DNA of 64,000 nt, from assembly GCA_964016885.1 (NCBI GenBank), contig OZ024741.1, positions 48,174,001 to 48,238,000 of the forward strand, written 5' to 3'. Positions 55,942-64,000 of this stretch are shown here, one piece after another. The stretch comes from Eledone cirrhosa (taxonomy: Eukaryota). The position numbers and the translations under genes are program-made. Below the pieces are notes generated by a model that saw only the letters and a list, made by a program, of their open reading frames with translations, made no database searches and was not told the origin of the DNA. Position 1 is the first letter of the stretch. Each line of letters opens with the position of its first letter.

Positions 55942-56602
55942 ACACATTATGAAATCTCTCCTTGCTTTCATTCCCCCCTCCCTACATTTTCCTTCCTTTC
56001 ATTGTCAACTGAAGAAGGACAATAGTCCAAAACTTTATGAACTGACTTTCTCTGACTTCCACTTGTCTCTCTATCTTTTTATTCATCTTTACAGCATTTT
56101 TTCTATCAATCAATCTACATATCTACACCAGTTGATGTAAACATCATAATGAAACAGTTTATAAAAAAATCACCAACAATGACTTACGTCACCTGTAAAC
56201 AATACATTCTGCATCATTTGATAAAGTATATAAAATATTTAAAAATAAAATTTAGGTCAAGAAAGACATCCAGCTGTATAAAACTTGACTCAACCCATGC
56301 AAACACATTTATTTATACCTCTCTCTAGGCAGAAAAATATTGCGATTGCTCTAACTTGTTTAATTTCTATTCACCAATTCATGGGAGAACAACTACTTTT
56401 ATCTTCTGGCCATGTAGTGATTGGCAGCTGAAAGCTATTTATATACTACAGTGTTACCCATCATACGTCAAGAAATTTTGGGAATATGTTTTTCACTGTG
56501 GTCAAATAAAAATGCATAAACATATAAATAAATATTGAATTCACTATTCTTGTATTTGGTGATATCAATCCATAACATATTTCTTGCTCAAACACTATAC
56601 AA

Positions 56603-57251
56603 CAGGAGTTCCTAACCCTTTTTATGACATTGCCTACTTTCACCCCCTACCTGTATAGTAAATATTCAAAAGTATACCAAAAATGACTCAGACTCAGAAG
56701 CTCCCGCGTCTTGCGATGCATGAGGCAATCATAGTGTTCCGTCGCGTTCGGTCAGCAGCCAGTTGCACAGCGTCCCGCCATTGTCTGTTTGTCACTCGCA
56801 GGTCCCTCTCAACTGTCTGGCGGCAGTTCATTTTGGGTCGCCCTCTCCGTCTGCTTCCCTGCGGGCTCCATTTAAGTACTTGGTTCGCCAGTCTCTCCGG
56901 GGGGAAGTCTCAAACCAGCCCAGGCGTCGCTTGCAGATGGTAGAAAAGACTAGCTGCTGGTTGGTGCGGTTCCTGACTTCCTGGTTTGTTACAAAAATGT
57001 GACTTCCTGGTTTGTTACAAAAATGACTGGTAAAAGTTTATTGGTTTGTTATTTCCATTTAGTCTCCTGTTTTGTTTTTTTTTATATTTATATATAGGTT
57101 CTTTGCATATCTCTTTTGAATATTTTTTCGGGTAGTATGTTGAAATACCTTCTTAATACACAAAATCCTATATCATCCACCAAAATTTCCAATTGCCCAG
57201 CTGTTGAAATTGCCCATTGGTGAATGATATTGCCCAGGCTGGGAAACCCTG
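56603..57251. mobile_element. Non-autonomous hAT-like (Charlie-type) MITE carrying a nested RTE fragment
   Basis: Imperfect TIRs CAGGAGTTCCTAACC (56603) and GGCTGGGAAACCCTG (ends 57251). Flanking 8-mers CTATACAA / CTTCACAA (6/8 identical) fit a decayed 8-bp TSD. Subterminal ATTGCCC repeats are present. Confidence 0.7.
56686..57017 (-). mobile_element. 3' end of a third, distinct RTE-clade LINE with (CTGAGT)n tail and 11-bp TSD
   Basis: Minus translation FVTNQEVRNRTNQQLVFSTICKRRLGWF/RLPPERLANQVLKWSPQGSRRRGRPKMNCRQTVERDL...AADRTR...* is a typical RTE C-terminus. The tail is ACTCAGACTCAG on plus. CAAAAATGACT occurs at both 56678-56688 and 57018-57028. Confidence 0.85.
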
Positions 57252-57342
57252 CTTCACAACATTAAAGAAAACATTGATTTTAAAAAAAGAGAGAAGAAAT
57301 GAAATTGAGGAAAGGAATATGTGAAAGATGGACTTTGTACAA

Positions 57343-57344
<2 letters not shown>

Positions 57345-57388
<44 letters not shown>
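57345..57388. repeat. (TG)22 microsatellite
   Basis: Read directly. Confidence 0.98.
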
Positions 57389-57389
<1 letters not shown>

Positions 57390-57567
57390 ACTTTAGTGTC
57401 TCACTATTTCTCACTTTTTGCCTGTCATTCCACTCAGTATATATACTTCTCTTTCATCCCAATTGTTAATTATCTCTCTCTCTATCTCCCTCAAACCCCC
57501 TCTTTCCTCCCTTCTCTTTATATTGTCAACTATGACATTGAATCAATGAACCAACACACATCAGGTA

Positions 57568-57568
<1 letters not shown>

Positions 57569-57598
<30 letters not shown>
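57569..57598. repeat. (TA)n microsatellite abutting a hammerhead motif
   Basis: Read directly. Confidence 0.97.
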
Positions 57599-57601
<3 letters not shown>

Positions 57602-57655
57602 GGCTTCTACAGGTCTAGAACTGTTTTATTCGGGAGAAATCATCAGGAAGCCATT
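57599..57655 (-). ncRNA. Minimal type I hammerhead ribozyme motif, probably inactive (GAAA box reads AAAA)
   Basis: Minus strand: AATGGCTTC-CTGATGA-TTTCTCCCGAAT-AAAA-CAGTTCTAGACCTG-TA-GAAGCCATT. It has a 9-bp stem I, a CUGAUGA core, a near-palindromic stem III and a GUA triplet. Homologous to 63415-63465. Confidence 0.65.
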
Positions 57656-58389
57656 GCTATATTAAATATTTATACTCTGCTATGTATTGAGTACCTTACT
57701 TACTGTGGCTACCCCCGATTTAACCCGGGATAATCATATATATTTGGGAGCAGGGAGTTAATGTTCTGCTACATTATTTCCAGCTATGTTAAAATAAAAT
57801 TATGATAATTTTCAAAATATACTGATATATTTACCACACACACGCATACATACACACACATGTTTGTATCACAAGCATATCCATATATCTGCACTCACAC
57901 CCACAAATACATATAAATGTGTTTATGTAAATAATAAATAAATAAATTGAATCCTTAAATATCCTTATTTCCCAGTAAACATACATATAGATTAATACAT
58001 AGGTATTGATGGGTGTTCCTCATAGATAGAACTATGCTTAATTCCATTTTACACACTAAACCAGTTCTTTCTATATGATTATGTAAATTAGTTGAAAGAT
58101 ATATTAAAAAAATATCAGGAGAGTACTTATGAGAAAGACAAAGGTAAAGTTTTTTAAATATACGAATAAATTCACTAATAAATTCTATAGTGGTCAGGTC
58201 TTGGTTCTATTCAGTATATGACAGGGTTCTATGTGTATCATATGAAGGTCAGCTGAAAAGTTCAGAGGCTAACCAAATGAGGTTTATTTTTCAACATGTT
58301 CCGTATTTTTTTTATTTTTATTTAAAAGGGTGCCTCTGTATACATACGTGCATATAAGATGAGATTTATACAGTTTTTGTTTACCAAAT

Positions 58390-59180
58390 TCACCCACAAG
58401 GAGGTTTTTCCTGTCATTTGAATACAGTCTAGAATATGTGTGTGTGGGGGAATCTGCAAGTGCATAATTTCTGCACCATTTCACATGTATGGGCAGTACT
58501 CTAATATGAGGTGCACATGTACCTTGTAGGTCAGCAGCTATTAATAGTTAAAATAATTTTTGTCTCTGAAGAAAAGCCAAGTTTTGTGAGATGCAGTCTT
58601 GGCTATGTTATAGATGTATAGTTACTATGATAAACTGTCAGTGATTTTGAAGCCAAGCATTGGCAGAGAAGGTGAAGGCTGTAATGCTATATTACTTTTA
58701 GTAACGATGTGGTGTCTTTTTTTTTCTTGATATATGATGTGCAGCATCTCTGTACTGGTATTGATGTTGTTGAAAGAAACTAAGTTATCATGTCCCCAAT
58801 GTTAGATGTTTTGAAAGTCTTTGTTCATAGAAATAATATGTGCCTAGCATGAAGTGTTTAGGTTGTGTGTGAAGGCTGTATGAGGGGAAAATATGAGTGC
58901 ACATGTAGTTAGAGTTAACAACAACCAGGCCATTTATATAATGAAGGAAGACTGTGGAAGACATAACAGACCTGAATAGATAGATAAGGGATGATCTTGT
59001 TAACACAACCTGCATTGCAAACAATCTCCTGCAGACAATACATTTTCAATCTGAGAGGAGAGATTGGTGGAACTCAAAGACATTTGATAGGAGGCTCGTA
59101 TGTCAGACAGATTGGAGGAGATTATATTCATTATCACTTGTCACTATTAAAGAAGTCCGTATTGAGATGGTTGGTAATAA
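58390..59180 (-). pseudogene. Highly degenerate CR1/Jockey-group LINE RT fragment
   Basis: Ordered minus-strand remnants: V*HTSLLS (VWH..LL), SVMSSTVFLHYINGL (GSVLSPxLFxxYINDL), MNKDFQNI*HWGHDNLVSFN, LGFKITDSLS**LYIYNIAKTASHK/LGF and TYKVHVHLILEYC. Many stops and frameshifts; boundaries are approximate. Confidence 0.75.
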
Positions 59181-59431
59181 ATATAAAAGTTAAATGATAA
59201 TTTATTCTCTAAAAATGGTGTTCCCATGTTATGTTTTGGACTAATTTCAACATTCCATTCAGTATTGTTCATAAGAACATTATCTTATTTATTGTTTAAT
59301 GCCTGCCCACACTCCCACTCCTCAAAACAACTTGTAAGGCTGTTTAATGAATGAACAGCACATTTTAATCTGAAATTTGTATTATGAAACTTAGATCTTC
59401 TTTTGTTTTTAATAGTGAACTAATTTCTTTT

Positions 59432-60082
59432 TCCTTCCATAACCATATTTCTTATAAAGAATACTGCCTATGTTTTTCAAATAATTTCAAAAATAATTGA
59501 GAATTCAGAAGGATTAAGTAATAAATTGAATTATTTAGTAATAAATCATTAATAAATTAATGTTTAGAACACACCTTAGCATAGGTTCTTACATAAAACT
59601 ATGATAGAAGGGTTTTAGATAATATGAGGCACATGGCTTAGTGGTTAGAGCATTGGCCTTGCAATTGAAAGGTTGTGAGTTCAATTCTCAGACTGAGTGA
59701 TGTGTTGTTTCCTTGAGCAAGACACTTTATTTCACATTGCTCCAGTTTACTCAGCTGTAGAAATGAGATGATAGGACTTGGGTCCCTATCATTCCACTGC
59801 AAAGTGGTTGTGGAGGTGCCACGGCAAAAAAGCACCCAGCCTACACTGTAATGTGAACGTGTAGGCGCCACAGAAAAAAAGCACCCGGCACTCACTGTAA
59901 ATGAGGTTGGTGTTAGGAAGGGCATGCAGCTGTAGAAATCAAGCCAGAATCAGTTCCTGTCCCACCCTTGCAAGCGGGGAAAAGTGGACGTAAAATGATG
60001 TTGATGATGATAAATATTTTTAAATAAACAGTTTTGTATCATAAAATGAGGGTCAGTTTCAGACAGTTTGATATCAGAAGGG
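59432..60082. mobile_element. Possible old MITE (CCCTT..AAGGG-type ends) into which the SINE inserted
   Basis: Very degenerate inverted ends (TCCTTCCATAACCA / TGATATCAGAAGGG) around AT-rich sequence; no clear TSD. Confidence 0.25.
59626..60011 (+). mobile_element. Full-length tRNA-derived SINE with CORE-like body and RTE-derived 3' tail
   Basis: Pol III A box TGGCTTAGTGG (59634-59644) and B box GAGTTCAATTC (59677-59687), CORE-like CCTTGAGCAAGACACTT (59711-59727), a 3' part homologous to the RTE 3' UTR (63185-63400), and a (GAT)n tail. Confidence 0.88.
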
Positions 60083-60183
60083 ATTTTCTTCAATAAATAG
60101 TTTGTGAAATGATATTAAAACCATTGAAGGTTAGCAGAACAAAATTGAATAAGAAATACAATCACTATAAATGGATGATTTAT

Positions 60184-61464
60184 ATCATCATCATCATCAT
60201 CATCATCATCGTCATCGTTTAACGTCCATGTTCCACGCTTGCATGGGTTTGGACGGGAGTTTTCCCACTTGAGGCAAGAGTGGTTGTCTTGCTCGCATAG
60301 GACTGTCTGGCGGGTTTTCTACAGCTGGATGCCCTTCCTAACACCAACCACATTTACAATGTGGGACTGGGAGGTTTTTACCATGTTGCCTACACGGCCA
60401 CATTACAGCGTGGACTGTGTGTTTTTTTGTCGTGACACCTACACGATCTCATTTGTTTCGGCCTGGATGTTGTGGCACCAACATAACTTTACATTGAAAG
60501 GGGCGGTGTGGATGGCGTGGGGGTAGTGGGACGGGGGTGTATTTTGTTAGAGATGCCTACTGACTATGTATTTAGGTAAGGCGGGTCTTCTCTATTACTG
60601 AGTACCGCCAAAGATCTCGGTCCAGTGACATTGTCTTGGAGAGGTGTAAGTGTGTGAGGTCGGAATTTATCAGGTCGTCCCAGGTTTTTCTGGGTCTGCC
60701 TACTCCGTGGCTACCGTCTATCTTTATTGCCCTGCACTTTTTTATACAGCTGTCGTCTTTCATGCGCATCACGTGACCATACCAACGTAGCCTTCTCTCG
60801 AGTAAACAACATCTGATCCCTCTTATTTCTAATTTTTCCCTTAGTTCGTTTATGCTTTGCCGTTCACGTATATTACTATTACACATCCAGCGGAGCATGC
60901 AAGCTTCGTTCCTCTCTAGTCTGCGTATATCCTCTGCATACAATGCCCAGGTCTCACTGCCATGCAACATTGCTGTTCGTATGCAGGCATCATACAGCCT
61001 GCCTTTCATTTTTAGGGAGAACCCTTTAGCGGCTAATAGTGGTATAAGCTCTCTGAACTTTTTCCATCGAGTTCTGACTCTAGCTACTGTACTTTCAGAG
61101 CACCCTCCCCCACTGCTGATTTTGTCACCCAGGTAACGGAAGCTGTCCACTATTTCTATAGAACCCTCTGTGCAATTGAAAGAGCTAGTATTTTGTGGGC
61201 ACTTGCTGCTACTTATTGCACCAGAGCACCGGCCACATGTAAAATCTATGTTCTTAATTAGCTTACCTATGATCCCACTACATCTTTTATGCACCCATAC
61301 TTTGCATTTGGGACATAAAATGGAGTTTCTACCTACGCCTTTCCTACACACTGAGCATGGCCATTTCCCGGAAGGGACCGGCGCCTTATTTTCTTTCCTA
61401 CAAACTAGAACTTTAGTCTTAGCCAGGTTAATTTTAAGGCCTTTTGATTCTAGGCCGTGCTTCC

Positions 61465-61465
<1 letters not shown>
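60184..61465 (-). mobile_element. 5'-truncated RTE LINE (subfamily B)
   Basis: (ATC)n tail at 60184-60216, 3' UTR, and ORF. The 5' end abuts (TA)16 at 61467-61498. Confidence 0.95.
60572..61465 (-). pseudogene. RTE ORF 3' part (RT motif 6, PHD-like finger, motif 7, C-terminus); frame uninterrupted
   Basis: 297 codons without a stop: WKHGLESKGLKINLAKTKVL...CSVC...CPKC...H..C...CGRC...VDSFRYLG...LHGSETW...WYGHVMR...GRPRKTW. It lacks the endonuclease and most of the RT, so it is a truncated copy. Confidence 0.92.
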
Positions 61466-61502
<37 letters not shown>

Positions 61503-61753
61503 TGGAAATTTGGGACTTGACTCCTTCTTCCTCACTTTTCGTTGCTTCACCATCTTTGTTTGTTTACACTCTCGTGTCCCCTTTATTTACGTGTCCCAAC
61601 GACTTTTTTTAGCCGTTGCTCGCACCAACCGGAGGTATATGGTCTTTAAAGCGATGAAATACCAATGATGGTTGGAAGATCACTGATGAAGGACTAACTT
61701 TATTCATATGTAACCCGTTAGCAACCACGCAGCACGTTTATTCTCATATTTAC

Positions 61754-61795
<42 letters not shown>
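61754..61795. repeat. Compound (AT)n(GA)n microsatellite
   Basis: Read directly. Confidence 0.95.
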
Positions 61796-62270
61796 AAAAT
61801 GTACATACATACATACACATGATGTAATAATAGCTTTAGAAATATAATATTTAGGTGCCACACAAGACAGACAATGTAAGAAATCAATAAAAAGACGCAG
61901 TCCTCTCTCCTCAGTCAACCTTTAGAAATCACTGTGTTTTTGGTACATTAAGGTTGATACCATTCATTCCAGTGCACAGTGGGATATAACAAAACAGGTA
62001 GAGACAAGTTATGCTTTTAGGCAAATTACACAAATATAGACTGTGCAAGGGCTCAGCCATAGGAGAAAAATATAGAAAGGAGAGAAATAGTAAAGCAGAA
62101 GAGAATAATATGGACTGTAGTCCAACGTGCAGACAAAGAAGGAAACTGAGGTGTAGAAAAAGGAAGAAGGAAAAATAGAGGAAAACAGGCCTTTCAAAAA
62201 GTTTTTTAAAAAAGCCTGCATGACGAAGTCTTTAGAATATAAATTCATATATATATATATATATATTTTT

Positions 62271-63401
62271 GGGTCTCAAAGTCAACATGACCAAGACTAA
62301 GGTCCTTGTAAGTAGATGAGAAAACAGAACCCAGATCCCCTCGGGGAAATGGCCTTGCTCAGTATGTAGGAAAGGTGTAGGTAGGAACTCCATTCTCTGC
62401 CCCAAATGCAAACAATGGATACACAAGAGATGTAGCGGGATCTCAGGAAGCTTAATTAAGAATGTAGGATTCACATGCAGCAGCTGTGCTGAAACAGCAA
62501 GCAGCAAACAGCCACAGGAAACAAGTACCACCAATCTCTGGGAGGGCCCTGTAGAAACAGTAGACAGCTTCTGCTACCTAGGTGACCGAATTAGCAACGG
62601 AGGTGGGTGTTCAGAAAGTACAATAACTAGGGTAAGAACGGGATGGAAGAAGTTTAGGGAACTACTACCACTGCTAGCTGCAAAAGGCTTCTCCCTCAGA
62701 ATGAAAGGCAGACTGTATGATGCGTGTATCTGAACAGCGATGTTGCATGGTAGTGAGACCTGGGCGCTGAAGGTGGAAGACTTACGTAGATTAGAGAGAA
62801 ACGAAGCCTGCATGCTCCGATGGATGTGTAACAGTAATATACGTGAACGACAAAGCATAAATGAATTGAGAGAGAGACTGAGCATAAGAGGAATCAAATG
62901 CTGTGTGCAGGAGAGGCGGTTGCGCTGGTATGGACATGTGATGCGTATGAAGGATGACAGCTGCATAAAAAGGTGCAGAGCACTAGAAGTTGATGGAAAC
63001 CGCGGAGTGGGGAGACCCAAGATGACCTGGGATGAGGTGATAAAAGCCGATCTTACCCCTTACCTCTCAAAGACAATGACACACGACCGTGACTTCTGGC
63101 GTCACGCAGTAATACAGAGTACCCGACCTCCCATGGGTACATGCTGAAGTATATAAACAATATGCCCCCACACCCTCCCACCGCAAGGTGGTCGTGGAGG
63201 TGCCACGAAAAAGCACCCAGCACTCACTGTAAATGAGGTTGGTGTTAGGAAGGGCATCCAGCTGTAGAAATCAAGCCAGATCAGTTCCTGTATGAGCAAG
63301 GCATGGTCAGCCGACCAGACACTGCACACAACAGGACAACCCGTCTAACCCATGCTAGCGTGGAAGAATGGACGTAAAACGGTGATGATGATGATGATGA
63401 T
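62271..63401 (+). mobile_element. 5'-truncated RTE LINE (subfamily A)
   Basis: Reverse-complement near-identity to 36098-37291. The (GAT)n tail is at 63384-63401, and the 5' end follows (AT)10 plus TTTT. Confidence 0.95.
62272..63147 (+). pseudogene. RTE ORF 3' part with PHD-like finger, two in-frame stops
   Basis: GLKVNMTKTKVLVSR*ENRTQIPSGKWPCSVC...VDSFCYLG...DACI*TAMLHGSETW...; TGA at 62317-62319 and 62731-62733. Confidence 0.92.
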
Positions 63402-63414
63402 TTTAATATAGAAA

Positions 63415-63465
63415 AGCTTCTACAGGACTAGAACTGTTTCATTCGTGAGAAATCATCAGGAAGCT
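63415..63465 (-). ncRNA. Minimal type I hammerhead ribozyme motif with intact catalytic core
   Basis: Minus strand: AGCTTC-CTGATGA-TTTCTCACGAAT-GAAA-CAGTTCTAGTCCTG-TA-GAAGCT. This gives stem I (6 bp), CUGAUGA, a short stem II (UUC/GAA, U-U closing), GAAA, stem III CAG/CUG and a GUA cleavage triplet. Confidence 0.75.
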
Positions 63466-63584
63466 CGGAATAACTTATATATATATAATATAATGTAAAA
63501 CAAAAAAAGTATGGTAAGATACCAGGTGGACCATAACGCACCAGAGTACTCTATACTTAGAGTAATAGTGTGTGATAGGAAAAT

Positions 63585-63650
63585 AGTCAGGACCCCGACA
63601 GCTGATTTAGCTGTCGAAACGGCTGGAGCTCAGCCGTCGGGGTCCTAACT
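63585..63650. other. GC-rich 66-bp T-shaped/bistable palindrome
   Basis: Outer stem AGTCAGGACCC / GGGTCCTAACT (10 of 11 paired) encloses the hairpins CGACAGCT-GATTT-AGCTGTCG and ACGGCTG-GAGCT-CAGCCGT. Confidence 0.85.
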
Positions 63651-63653
63651 CTT

Positions 63654-63719
63654 CATCATCATCATCAACGTTTAACGTCCGTGTTCCACGCTTGCATGGG
63701 TTTGGACGGGGGTTTTCTC
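63654..63719 (-). mobile_element. Extremely truncated RTE subfamily B 3' terminus (~65 bp)
   Basis: CATCATCATCATCAACGTTTAACGTCCGTGTTCCACGCTTGCATGGGTTTGGACGGG matches 60205-60257; followed by (AT)9. Confidence 0.88.
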
Positions 63720-64000
63720 ATATATATATATATATATGATAAGAGTTTAGGTTGATATCCAGTGATTTCGATCTCATTTACAATTTGCTCAAATTCATTT
63801 GAAGCACACGCATAGGATTAATTGTGAATCACACACACACACACAAATCTTATTGTTAGCTTTTTTGTAATAGAAAAGTGGCCTGTATGTGATTTATCTA
63901 TCATAGATAAACAATGATATTGTATAATAAACTGTTGTAATAAATATTACTGATAACATCTGTCATAGTGTTAGTTACTTGACTTTCAAATCAAACTAGA

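Noticed and set aside
56255-56305. GTCAAGAAAGACATCCAGCTGTA...AACCCATGC similar to the RTE/SINE 3' UTR
   Set aside because: Probably a very old tail remnant, but too short and diverged to delimit as a feature.
58284-58484. 66-aa minus ORF ending near a GT donor-like site, as a host exon
   Set aside because: It overlaps the decayed CR1/Jockey-like LINE in another frame; there is no supporting acceptor or homology.
59626-59700. tRNA-like sequence with A and B boxes
   Set aside because: No convincing cloverleaf or acceptor stem, and it continues into CORE-like and LINE-tail sequence, so it is a SINE head.
61676-61710. CTGATGA at 61683-61689 as a third hammerhead
   Set aside because: No GAAA box, stem III or stem I partner follows. 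At most it is half of a motif in a possible Penelope-type repeat that I cannot support further.
36098-63401. RTE-A copies at 36 kb (minus) and 62-63 kb (plus) as inverted termini of a large composite element
   Set aside because: They have different 5' truncation points, separate junctions and private mutations, so they are independent insertions.

Overview
This is eukaryotic, repeat-dominated DNA with no recognisable host gene. The repeat families (RTE LINEs with (GAT)n tails, a tRNA/CORE-type SINE, Penelope-like fragments, AT-rich background) suggest an invertebrate, plausibly cephalopod, genome; that assignment is inference. Bases 1-54487 are one head-to-tail minisatellite of 36/38-bp units (consensus TAGTTGTAT[CT]CTGGTCTACACAGACTATATATATATT, roughly 1400 units). 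It is organised into nested higher-order duplications of 0.5-5.8 kb. Four 5'-truncated RTE/SINE copies interrupt it, all in the same orientation and at essentially the same position in the unit, the start of the (TA)5 tract. The last ~9.5 kb is a mosaic of retroelement debris: more RTE copies, Penelope-like and CR1/Jockey-like RT relics, a SINE, a hAT-like MITE with a nested RTE, and two small minisatellites. Four observations stand out: (1) a complete C4HC3 PHD-finger pattern inside the RT of the RTE ORF in three copies; (2) every 5' truncation of this RTE family abuts a (TA)n tract; (3) two minimal type I hammerhead-ribozyme motifs plus a T-shaped palindrome resembling a hammerhead lacking its CUGANGA box; (4) a covarying 3' stem-loop shared by two LINE subfamilies and a SINE. 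The many short ORFs in the ORF track over 1-54 kb are artefacts of the repeat.
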